Program-made: the position numbers and the translations under genes
DNA from: Phenylobacterium sp.
GTDB lineage: Bacteria; Pseudomonadota; Alphaproteobacteria; Caulobacterales; Caulobacteraceae
NCBI RefSeq assembly: GCF_046590535.1
Contig: NZ_JBKJTG010000251.1
Coordinates: 10,995-74,994, forward strand
Length of the DNA: 64,000 nt
Reading direction: 5' to 3'
The notes under the pieces: generated by a model
Database searches by the model: none
What the model saw: only the letters and a program-made list of their open reading frames with translations
What the model was told of the DNA's origin: nothing
Shown here: positions 46,394-54,343 of the stretch, one piece after another
Layout of the letters: each line of letters begins with the position of its first letter
How positions within the stretch are numbered: position 1 is the stretch's first letter

Positions 46394-47425
46394 ATGCCCA
46401 CGATGACCCGCGCCGAGTTCATCGCCGGCCTGCCGAAGGCCGAGCTGCACCTGCATATCGAGGGCAGCCTCGAGCCTGAGCAGATGTTCGAATTCGCCCG
46501 GCGCAACCGCATCGACCTGCCGTTCAAGTCGGTGGAAGAGGTCCGCGCGGCCTACGCCTTTTCCAACCTGCAGGACTTCCTGGACATCTACTACCAGGGC
46601 GCCGACGTGCTGCGGACCGAGGCGGACTTCCGCGACCTGGCGCTGGCCTACTTCCGGCGCGCGGCGGACGATGGGGCGCGCCACGTGGAGCTGTTCTTCG
46701 ACCCGCAGACCCACACGGCCAGGGGCATCCCCTTCGCCGTGGCCGCCGACGGCCTGCTGGCCGGGATGGCGGAGGCCGGGACCAGCCTGGGCGTCTCCTC
46801 CAAGTTGATCCTCTGCTACCTGCGCCATCTTTCCGAGGACGAGGCTTTCACCACCCTGCGCCAGGCTGAGCCTTACCTCGACCGGATCGCCGGCGTCGGC
46901 CTGGATTCGTCGGAGGTCGGCCACCCGCCCACGAAGTTCGCCAAGGTCTATGCGGCGTCGCGTGAGCGCGGGCTGAAGCTGGTCGCCCACGCCGGCGAGG
47001 AAGGCCCGCCGGCCTATGTCTGGGAGGCGCTGGACGAGCTGCGGGTGGACCGCATCGACCACGGCAACCGCTCGCTTGAGGACGACCGGCTGGTGGCCCG
47101 GCTGGTGGCCGACGGCATGACCCTGACGGTCTGCCCGCTCTCCAACCTCAAGCTATGCGTGGTCGACGACCTGGCGACGCACCCCTTGAAGCGGATGCTG
47201 GACCTGGGGCTGAAGGCGACCATCAATTCCGACGACCCGGCCTATTTCGGCGGCTATCTTGGCGAGAACTGGACCGCCACGGCGGGCGCCCTGGACCTGA
47301 CCCGCGAGGCGCTGATCACCCTGGCCCGGAACAGCTTCACCGGCTCGTTCCTGGCGCCGCCGGAGATCGCGGCGCACCTGGCGGCCATTGACGCCTATGC
47401 GCTGGCCAACCCGGCGGTTGCGTGA
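46394..47425 (+). CDS. adenosine/adenine deaminase family protein
   Basis: LPKAELHLHIEGSL, HAGE and NSDDPAYF metal and catalytic motifs. Confidence 0.9.
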   Translation: MPTMTRAEFIAGLPKAELHLHIEGSLEPEQMFEFARRNRIDLPFKSVEEVRAAYAFSNLQDFLDIYYQGADVLRTEADFRDLALAYFRRAADDGARHVELFFDPQTHTARGIPFAVAADGLLAGMAEAGTSLGVSSKLILCYLRHLSEDEAFTTLRQAEPYLDRIAGVGLDSSEVGHPPTKFAKVYAASRERGLKLVAHAGEEGPPAYVWEALDELRVDRIDHGNRSLEDDRLVARLVADGMTLTVCPLSNLKLCVVDDLATHPLKRMLDLGLKATINSDDPAYFGGYLGENWTATAGALDLTREALITLARNSFTGSFLAPPEIAAHLAAIDAYALANPAVA

Positions 47426-47495
47426 GCCGCGGGAATGGCGCCACCCTTGCGGTGAGCGGCGCGAGACGACGCCGGCCAATCCGGGAAGAACCACC

Positions 47496-48716
47496 ATGCT
47501 GAAGCTACGCGCCGCGCTGATGGGCGCCACGGCCGCCACCCTGATCGCCGGCGCCGCCCAGGCCGCGACCCTGGCGGTGGGCCCCGGCCCCAACGCCCAG
47601 GAGCGGCTGCAGACCGCGCTGCTGGACGCCAAGGCCGGGGACGTGGTGCGCCTGGCGGCCGGCCGCTACGAACTCACCGACGGCCTCTCCCTCGACATCG
47701 ACGGGGTCACCGTCCAGGGCGCGGGGCCGGGCGCCACCATCCTGTCGTTCAAGGGCCAGAAGGGCGCCGGCGAGGGCCTGCTGATCACCTCGGACCGGGT
47801 CACGGTGCGCGACTTCGCCATCGAGGACAGCCGCGGCGATGGGATCAAGTCCAAGGGCGCCGACCAGATCAGCTTCGTGAACCTGCGGGTGGAATGGACC
47901 GGGGGGCCGAAGGAAACCAACGGCGCCTATGGCGTCTATCCGGTGACCTCAACCAATGTGCTGATCGACAAGGTGGTGGTAAAGGGCGCGTCGGACGCCG
48001 GCATCTATGTGGGACAGTCGAAGAACATCATCGTCAAGCGCAGCCGCGCCGAGTTCAACGTGGCCGGCATCGAGATCGAGAACTCGATGAACGCCGACGT
48101 GTTCGACAACGTCGCCACCCACAACACCGGCGGCATCCTGATCTTCGACCTGCCCGGCCTGCCGCAGATGGGCGGTCACTCCACCCGGGTGTTCCGCAAC
48201 AAGGTGGTCGACAACGACACGCCAAACTTCGCGCCCAAGGGCAATATCGTCGCCGGCGTGCCGATGGGCACCGGCATCATGGTGATGGCCAACCGCAACG
48301 TGCACCTGTTCGACAACGAGATCAGCGGCAACCAGTCCACCGCGGTGACCCTGGTCGCCTATCGCTTCAAGTTCGACGACAAGACCTATAACCCCCTGCC
48401 GCGCGACATCGTGGTGCGCGATAACAAGATCGGCCGCAACGGCTGGGACCCCAAGTTCGATGGCGGCGCCATGCTGGCCAAGGCCATGGGCGGAAGCGTG
48501 CCACCGGTGATGTGGGACGGGGTCACAACCTTCCCCGGCACGACGGAGCCGGTCCGCCTGCGGCTCTCCGACGGTCCCGTCGCCAACCTTCGGCTGCCGG
48601 CGCCCGGCGCCATGGACAAGGCCAATCCGGAGGTGACGGCCACCTACGGCGACGCCGTCCTGCCGGAGCCCAAGGCCGTCGTGCTGCCCGCCGCGCAGGC
48701 CGCGCTGGGCGCATGA
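47496..48716 (+). CDS. secreted parallel beta-helix repeat protein (partner of the SO_2930-type cytochrome)
   Basis: Signal peptide. Repeated beta-helix rungs (IDGVTVQG, VTVRDFAIEDS, NVLIDKVVVKG, NIIVKRSRAEFN, ADVFDNVATHN...). Confidence 0.8.
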   Translation: MLKLRAALMGATAATLIAGAAQAATLAVGPGPNAQERLQTALLDAKAGDVVRLAAGRYELTDGLSLDIDGVTVQGAGPGATILSFKGQKGAGEGLLITSDRVTVRDFAIEDSRGDGIKSKGADQISFVNLRVEWTGGPKETNGAYGVYPVTSTNVLIDKVVVKGASDAGIYVGQSKNIIVKRSRAEFNVAGIEIENSMNADVFDNVATHNTGGILIFDLPGLPQMGGHSTRVFRNKVVDNDTPNFAPKGNIVAGVPMGTGIMVMANRNVHLFDNEISGNQSTAVTLVAYRFKFDDKTYNPLPRDIVVRDNKIGRNGWDPKFDGGAMLAKAMGGSVPPVMWDGVTTFPGTTEPVRLRLSDGPVANLRLPAPGAMDKANPEVTATYGDAVLPEPKAVVLPAAQAALGA

Positions 48717-49768
48717 GGCTGGGCCTGGCGGCCCTGGCGGCTGCGGCTCTGCTGACCGGCGCGGCGCCCCAGACCCCGCCGGTGGCCCTCGACCGGCTCC
48801 TGGCCCCCACGCCTGAGCCAACCCTGGACGCCTACCGCCTGTTCACCGACCAGGCCGGGGCGCGGCCGAACGCCGGGCTGACGCCCTATGGCCTGAACAC
48901 GCCGCTGTTCAGCGATTACGCCGAGAAGGAACGCTTCCTCTACCTGCCGCCGGGAACCCGGGCGCAGTACCGGGCCGATGCGGCGTTCGAGTTCCCGGTG
49001 GGCGCGACCCTGGTCAAGACCTTCGCCTATCCCGCCGACCTGCGCCGCCCGGCCGAGAAAATCCGCCGGCTGGAAACCCGCCTGCTGATCCGCCGGCGCG
49101 AGGGCTGGACGGCGCTCACCTATGTCTGGAACGTCCAGCAGACTGAGGCGGTCCTGAAGCGCGCCGGCGCGCGGCTGGACGTCAGCTTCATCGACCTGGC
49201 CGGGGCCACCCGCCAGGTGGACTATGCCGTGCCCAACACCAACCAGTGCAAGGAGTGCCATCAGGTCTTAGGCGTGCTGACGCCCATCGGGCCCAAGGGC
49301 CGCAACCTCAACGGCGACTTCGCCTATGCCGACGGGCGGGAGAACCAGCTGGTCCGCTGGCGGCGGGCGGGCCTCCTGGCGGGCGCGCCGGACCCGGGCA
49401 AGGCGCCGCGCACCGCCGTCTGGGACGCCCCCGCCGAGCCCCTGGCGGCGCGGGCCCGGGCCTACCTCGACAGCAACTGCGCCCACTGCCACAGCCCCAC
49501 GGGCATCGCCTCCAACAGCGGCCTCTTCCTGCAGCTGGAGGAGACCCGTCCCGGCGCGCTGGGGGTCGACAAGCGCCCGGTGGCGGCCGGCCGCGGGTCC
49601 GGCGGCCTGGAGGTGTCCATCGCGCCGGGACGCCCGCAGGACTCGATCCTGCTGCACCGCATGGTCTCCACCGAGCCCGGCGTGATGATGCCCGAGCTCA
49701 GCCGGTCCCTGCGGCACGACGAGGGCGTGGCGCTGATCTCCGCCTGGATCGCGGGCACGAAGCCCTGA
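48713..49768 (+). CDS. dihaem c-type cytochrome (SO_2930-like family)
   Basis: ATGA overlap with the beta-helix gene. Two CxxCH sites, CKECH and CAHCH. Confidence 0.8.
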   Translation: MRLGLAALAAAALLTGAAPQTPPVALDRLLAPTPEPTLDAYRLFTDQAGARPNAGLTPYGLNTPLFSDYAEKERFLYLPPGTRAQYRADAAFEFPVGATLVKTFAYPADLRRPAEKIRRLETRLLIRRREGWTALTYVWNVQQTEAVLKRAGARLDVSFIDLAGATRQVDYAVPNTNQCKECHQVLGVLTPIGPKGRNLNGDFAYADGRENQLVRWRRAGLLAGAPDPGKAPRTAVWDAPAEPLAARARAYLDSNCAHCHSPTGIASNSGLFLQLEETRPGALGVDKRPVAAGRGSGGLEVSIAPGRPQDSILLHRMVSTEPGVMMPELSRSLRHDEGVALISAWIAGTKP

Positions 49769-49836
49769 GTTCGACGCCGCTGGACCTGCCCACTTTGCCG
49801 GCGCAGGCTGGCCGGCAGGCAGGTGGGAGGCGCGCG

Positions 49837-50457
49837 ATGACGCTGTCGGTGATCGGGGCCGGGTTCGGCCGCACGGGGACGCTTTCCCTGAAGCTCGCCC
49901 TCGAGGAGCTCGGCTTCGGCCCCTGCTATCACATGATGGAAGTGTTCAAGAATCCGTCGGCCTTCGGCTGGTGGGAAGCCGCCGCCGACGGCGGACCGGT
50001 CGACTGGGCGCGGATATTCGAAGGCTACCGGTCCACCGTCGACTGGCCCAACGCCACCTTCTACCGCGAGCTCGCTGAGGCCTACCCCGAGGCCAGGGTG
50101 ATCCTCACCGAGCGCGACCCGGAGACCTGGTTCGCCTCAACCCAGGCCACCATCTTCGCCCGCGAGATCGACCCGGCCACCGAGGATCCGTTCGAGCGCA
50201 TGATCCTCAAGGTGGTCTACGGCCTGTTCGACCGGCGGATGCATGACAAGGACCACGTGATCTCGGTGTTCAAGGCGCACAACGCCCGGGTCCGCGAGGT
50301 GATCGCGCCGGAACGCCTGCTGGTCTACGAGGTCACCCAGGGCTGGGCGCCGCTGTGCGAATTCCTCGGCGTGCCTGTCCCCGACGGGCCGATGCCGAAG
50401 GTCAACGCCCGCGAGAACTTCCCCCGCGACATCGGCCGGGCGGCGGTGGGAAGTTAA
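49837..50457 (+). CDS. sulfotransferase-family protein
   Basis: N-terminal PAPS-loop-like GFGRTGT. The ...RDPETWFAS... and ...YEVTQGWAPLCEFLG.PVP pattern is typical of the small soluble sulfotransferase family. Confidence 0.7.
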   Translation: MTLSVIGAGFGRTGTLSLKLALEELGFGPCYHMMEVFKNPSAFGWWEAAADGGPVDWARIFEGYRSTVDWPNATFYRELAEAYPEARVILTERDPETWFASTQATIFAREIDPATEDPFERMILKVVYGLFDRRMHDKDHVISVFKAHNARVREVIAPERLLVYEVTQGWAPLCEFLGVPVPDGPMPKVNARENFPRDIGRAAVGS

Positions 50458-50501
50458 GCTGAACGCTCTGGGGAACGGGCGCGCGGCGCAGCCGTGCCGC
50501 C

Positions 50502-51062
50502 TCAAGCCTCCAGCTCGATGTCCCAGTAGAGGTAGTCGAGCCAGCTCTCGTGCAGGTGGTGAGGTGGGAACCGGCGGCCGCTTTGCTGTAGCTCGTAGGC
50601 CGTGGGCCGGCGTGGCTTATGGCGCGGGTGCATGCCGGCCTGGTGCGGGGTGCGCCCGCCCTTGGTCAGGTTGCAGCGCGCACAGGCGGTGACGATGTTC
50701 TCCCAGGTGGTCCGCCCGCCCCGCGAGCGCGGGATCACATGGTCGAAGGTCAATTCCTCAGCGGCCCGGCAGTACTGGCAGCAGAAGGCGTCGCGCAGAA
50801 AGAGGTTGAACCGCGTGAAGGCCGGCGGCCGGTCCTGGGTCACGTAGTGCTTCAGCGACACGACGCTGGGCAGCTGCATCTCGAAGGAGGGCGAGTGGAC
50901 GACCTGATCGTAGGTGGAGACCACGTCCACGCGGTCAAGGAAGACCGCCTTGATCACCTCCTGCCACGGCCACAGCGACAGGGGATAGTAGCTGAGCGGC
51001 CGGTAGTCCGCGTTCAGCACCAGGCAGGGCCAGCCAGAGGGCGCGCGGCTAAGCACCTGCAT
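50502..51062 (-). CDS. HNH endonuclease-domain protein (conserved alphaproteobacterial type)
   Basis: CQYC...DHVIPRSRGG...WENIVTACARCN. Confidence 0.85.
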   Translation of the reverse strand: MQVLSRAPSGWPCLVLNADYRPLSYYPLSLWPWQEVIKAVFLDRVDVVSTYDQVVHSPSFEMQLPSVVSLKHYVTQDRPPAFTRFNLFLRDAFCCQYCRAAEELTFDHVIPRSRGGRTTWENIVTACARCNLTKGGRTPHQAGMHPRHKPRRPTAYELQQSGRRFPPHHLHESWLDYLYWDIELEA

Positions 51063-51257
51063 GGCCGGGCCTCCCGGAACGCCCTTGGGCGTCTATGCAA
51101 TTCGTCTTGGGACTGAAGACCAAACCCCTGCTGCCGGAGCTATGACGATGGGGGAACTATAGGGGAGATTCGGAGACATCTCCATGACGCTGGGTTCCCA
51201 GGAGCCGTCGCCTCGCCCACGGTCTTGAACGGACGAGGCTCAGCGGCTTCGCATCAA

Positions 51258-51359
51258 TCAGGCGCCGACGATGGCGGTGGCGCCGGCCAGCGTCAGGGCC
51301 AGGCCGACGATCGCGTAGGCAGCCAGGGTATCGAGGATGCGGTTAATCTGGATCGACAT
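51258..51359 (-). CDS. 33-aa hydrophobic peptide (paralogue 1)
   Basis: MSIQINRILDTLAAYAIVGLALTLAGATAIVGA. AAAGGA lies 8 nt upstream of the ATG. GC3 is high. It shares the pattern RI.D.L...L..T.A.ATA..G with the 51576..51680 peptide. Confidence 0.5.
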   Translation of the reverse strand: MSIQINRILDTLAAYAIVGLALTLAGATAIVGA

Positions 51360-51424
51360 GGGGTAGTCCTTTCTTCGGGTTTGCGGTCCGGTCCATCCGG
51401 GCCGCCTGTCCAACTGGACGATGT

Positions 51425-51443
51425 TTAGATAGCACTTATCTGA
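51425..51443. promoter_or_regulatory. operator-like motif 1 (TTAGATAGCACTTATCTGA)
   Basis: 14/19 identical to the motif at 51741-51759. Contains AGAT-N7-ATCT dyad symmetry. Lies upstream of peptide gene 1. Confidence 0.35.
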
Positions 51444-51520
51444 ACGCTGTCTAGATACACATTTACGCTGTACTGTTATGCGTTTTTGCATGGGTAATTG
51501 AGGCGGCTCGGGACCCCGCG

Positions 51521-51548
51521 ACGAAAAAGGGCCCCGCGAGGGGGCCCT
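51521..51548 (-). terminator. rho-independent terminator after peptide gene 2
   Basis: Perfect 9-bp stem AAGGGCCCC/GGGGCCCTT with a GCGA loop. On the minus strand it is followed by TTTTCGTC. Confidence 0.6.
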
Positions 51549-51575
51549 TGGCCGTGCGACAGAGGTCGGGGAGCC

Positions 51576-51680
51576 TCAGAAGCCCAGGGCCGCCGTAGCC
51601 GCCGCGGCGGTGAAGCCGAGGAACAGCAGGAAAGCCGGGGTGAGCCGGTCGAAAATGCGTTCGAACTGCGGGAGAGTCAT
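51576..51680 (-). CDS. 34-aa hydrophobic peptide (paralogue 2)
   Basis: MTLPQFERIFDRLTPAFLLFLGFTAAAATAALGF. AAAGGTG lies upstream. GC3 is high and a terminator lies downstream. Confidence 0.5.
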   Translation of the reverse strand: MTLPQFERIFDRLTPAFLLFLGFTAAAATAALGF

Positions 51681-51740
51681 GACACACACCTTTGAGTTTG
51701 AACCCGGAGGGAGCCGGGACGTTTCTTATTTTAACAACGC

Positions 51741-51759
51741 TAAGATAGCGTCGATCTGA
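51741..51759. promoter_or_regulatory. operator-like motif 2 (TAAGATAGCGTCGATCTGA)
   Basis: Lies in the divergent region between peptide gene 2 and the TetR gene. Related to motif 1. Confidence 0.35.
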
Positions 51760-51812
51760 GCGGCGTCAAGATCATCTTTACGGCGCCTAGATTGAGATTT
51801 ATGGTGAGCGTG

Positions 51813-52430
51813 ATGAGAGAATCTCAAGCCGTCGAAGCCCGGCCCTATCACCACGGCGACCTCAGTCGCGGGCTGATCGACGCCGCCCGCCGCCTGCTGG
51901 AGGCCGAGGGGCCCAATGCGCTGTCCCTGCGCGCCGTGGCCCGCGAAGCCGGGGTCAGTCCGGCGGCGCCCTACCACCACTTCAAGGACAAGGGCGAACT
52001 GCTGGACGCGGTGGCGCAGGAAGGCTGGATGATGCTCGACCAGGCCATGGTCGAGTCCAAGGCCAAGGCCGCGCCGAAGGACCAGCTCACCTCGCTGGGC
52101 ATCGCCTACGTCTGTTTCGCCCGCGAGAACCCGGCGCTCTACCGGGTGATGTACGACGCGGCCCGCGACAAGGAAGCCCTCCCCGACGAGGGTGAGGACA
52201 GCGCTTACTGCCAGGTGCGCGACACCATGATCGAGATGGGCGCCGACCCTGACAATGCGGTCGAACTGGAGTTGACCACCACCGCCGCCTGGTGCGCCGC
52301 CCACGGCCTGGCTGAGATGGCCGGATTCAAGCAGTTCGATCACCTCAAGGAGACCCTCGGCGGCGAGAAGGCCTTCCTCTACGCGGTGCTCAACCACGTG
52401 GGCCTGTTCCAGGGCGACCATCGCCGGTAG
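51813..52430 (+). CDS. TetR/AcrR family transcriptional regulator
   Basis: YHHGDLSRGLIDAARRLLEAEGPNALSLRAVAREAGVSPAAPYHHFKDKGELL. Alternative starts lie between 51792 and 51810. Confidence 0.85.
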   Translation: MRESQAVEARPYHHGDLSRGLIDAARRLLEAEGPNALSLRAVAREAGVSPAAPYHHFKDKGELLDAVAQEGWMMLDQAMVESKAKAAPKDQLTSLGIAYVCFARENPALYRVMYDAARDKEALPDEGEDSAYCQVRDTMIEMGADPDNAVELELTTTAAWCAAHGLAEMAGFKQFDHLKETLGGEKAFLYAVLNHVGLFQGDHRR

Positions 52431-52498
52431 AGCGTGACAGCCGAAAGTGGATGCCGGTTTCGGCGCTCGTCACGCTCTAAACTTTTGAAGATGGAGCC
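52428..52498 (+). repeat. dispersed hairpin element, copy B
   Basis: TAGAGCGTGAC...GTCACGCTCTA (11-bp outer stem, with inner stem GCCGAAA/TTTCGGC), followed by AACTTTTGAAGATGGAGCC. The TAG of the arm is the TetR stop codon. Confidence 0.6.
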
Positions 52499-52503
52499 GC
52501 CGG

Positions 52504-53358
52504 GTGGCCCTGCCCTTCGTCACCCGCTTCGCGCCCTCGCCCACCGGCTACCTGCACCGGGGCCACGCCTTTTCCGCACTGACCGCCGAGACCGCCGCCC
52601 GCCAGGCCCACGGGCGCTTTCTGCTGCGCATCGAGGATATCGACGCCGGCCGCTGCCGGCCTGAGTTCGAGGCCGCCATCCTCGAGGACCTGGCCTGGCT
52701 GGGCCTCCAGTGGGAGGAACCCGTCCGGCGACAGTCCGACCACCTGAGCGACTACGCCGACGCCCTGCGCGATCTGGCTGGCCGCGGCCTGGTCTATCGC
52801 TGCTTTCGCACCCGTCGCGAGGTGTCCGGGGAGATCGGCGGCGCCCCGCACGGCGCCATGGAGGTGTTCCGCGGCCAGGCCCTGCCGCCTGGAGAGGAAG
52901 CCCGACGCCTCGACGCCGGCGAGGCCTTTGCCTGGCGCCTCTCCCTGGAGGCGGCGGAACGCGCCCTGGGCGGCTTTGGCGGACTAGCCTTCATCGAGCT
53001 GGGCCAGGGGTCCGGCGGGGAGCACGGCGAGATCGTGGCGCGGCCGGAACTCGGCGGCGACGTGGTGCTGGGCCGCAAGGACCTGGGGGTCGCCTATCAC
53101 CTGGCGGTGGTCTGCGACGACGCGCGCCAAGGCGTGACCCAGGTGATCCGCGGCCAGGACCTGTTCGAGGCCGCCCATGTGCAGCGCCTGCTGCAGGCCC
53201 TGCTGGGCCTGCCAACGCCGGTCTATCGCCACCACCGCCTGCTCACGGCTCCCAATGGCAAGCGGTTCGCCAAGCGCGACCAGGCCCAGACGCTGCGCGA
53301 GCTGCGTGCGCGCGGTATGACGCCCACGGAGATTCGACGGGAGATGGGCTTTGATTGA
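52504..53358 (+). CDS. gluQ: glutamyl-Q tRNA(Asp) synthetase
   Basis: GTG start. RFAPSPTGYLHRGH (class I HIGH region). About 284 aa, a truncated GluRS-like catalytic domain with no anticodon-binding domain. Confidence 0.9.
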   Translation: MALPFVTRFAPSPTGYLHRGHAFSALTAETAARQAHGRFLLRIEDIDAGRCRPEFEAAILEDLAWLGLQWEEPVRRQSDHLSDYADALRDLAGRGLVYRCFRTRREVSGEIGGAPHGAMEVFRGQALPPGEEARRLDAGEAFAWRLSLEAAERALGGFGGLAFIELGQGSGGEHGEIVARPELGGDVVLGRKDLGVAYHLAVVCDDARQGVTQVIRGQDLFEAAHVQRLLQALLGLPTPVYRHHRLLTAPNGKRFAKRDQAQTLRELRARGMTPTEIRREMGFD

Positions 53359-54265
53359 GGCTACGGCCGCCACGGGCAGGCCGCGCTGGGAGGCGCTGGC
53401 GGTGCTGGTGTTCGGCGCCTGCGTGATCGGCCTGTCGCCGATCCTGGCGCGGCTTGCCGACACCGGCCCGGCGGCGGCCGGGTTCTGGCGGCTGGCCTTC
53501 GCGCTCCCGCTGCTGTCGATCATGACGGTGCGGACCTCGGGGCCCCTGGGGCGTCCATCGGGCCTGGCGCTGTTCGCCGGCCTGATGTTCGCCCTCGACC
53601 TGGGCTTCTGGCACTACGGGATCAAATACACCTCCGTCACCAACGCCACGGTGCTGTCGAACCTGACCCCGGTGGTGGTCACGGCGTTCGCCTGGATTTT
53701 CCTGCGGCAGCGGCCGCGGGCCCTGTTTGTGCTGGCCGTGGCCATCGCCGTCAGCGGCGCCTGGCTGATGGCCATGAGCAAGGGCGGCGGCGACCGGCTG
53801 ATCGATCCGCCGCTGGGCAACGCGCTGTCCGCCACCACCGCCCTTTGGTACGCCCTCTACTTCCTGGCCATCGGCGAGGGCCGCAAGCGAGAGGGCGCCA
53901 GCCGCCTGATGTACTGGTCAAGCCTCACCGGCACGCCGCTTTTGCTAGCGGCCGCCCTGGTGCTTGGGGAGCAGATCATCCCCGGCTCAGCCGGCGGGTG
54001 GGCGGCCTGTATCGGCCTGGGGCTGATGCACGTGGCCGGTCAGGGCTCGATCGCCTGGGCCATGGGACGGCTGCCCACGTCCACCGCCTCGGTGGTGGTG
54101 CTGGTCCAACCCATCGTGGCCGGCTACCTGGGCTGGGTGCTGTTCGCCGAGGCCCTGGGCCCCTTGCAGGGGGTGGGCGCAGGCGTCGCCCTGGCCGGGG
54201 TCGTCCTGGCGCAGTGGGTTACGCGGCCCGGGGCTGGGCCTCAGCCGATCAGTCCCACGAAGTAA
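53351..54265 (+). CDS. DMT-superfamily (EamA-like) transporter
   Basis: Ten predicted TM helices in two EamA-type halves. The start is uncertain (TTG at 53351). Confidence 0.8.
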   Translation: MIEATAATGRPRWEALAVLVFGACVIGLSPILARLADTGPAAAGFWRLAFALPLLSIMTVRTSGPLGRPSGLALFAGLMFALDLGFWHYGIKYTSVTNATVLSNLTPVVVTAFAWIFLRQRPRALFVLAVAIAVSGAWLMAMSKGGGDRLIDPPLGNALSATTALWYALYFLAIGEGRKREGASRLMYWSSLTGTPLLLAAALVLGEQIIPGSAGGWAACIGLGLMHVAGQGSIAWAMGRLPTSTASVVVLVQPIVAGYLGWVLFAEALGPLQGVGAGVALAGVVLAQWVTRPGAGPQPISPTK

Positions 54266-54318
54266 CCCAGCAACAGGATCGGCAGCACCACCAGGGTCCA
54301 GACGAGCGCGGCTTTCAT
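54241..54318 (-). CDS. possible 25-aa membrane peptide downstream of selO
   Basis: MKAALVWTLVVLPILLLGYFVGLIG. GC3 is high but no clear RBS is visible. It lies 25 nt after the selO stop. Confidence 0.3.
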   Translation of the reverse strand: MKAALVWTLVVLPILLLGYFVGLIG

Positions 54319-54343
54319 GGCGACGCAACCGCTGTCGGAAGAC

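Noticed and set aside
50502-51062. HNH endonuclease as a possible defence-system or mobile-element marker
   Set aside because: It is a stand-alone 186-aa protein of a type conserved as a core gene in alphaproteobacteria. No partner ATPase, methylase, integrase or repeats lie nearby.
51258-51491. 77-aa version of the ORF at 51258..51491
   Set aside because: The upstream 44 codons are Arg/Lys-rich, have low GC3 and cover the operator-like motif. The internal ATG at 51359 has an RBS and yields a peptide paralogous to the neighbouring 34-aa ORF.
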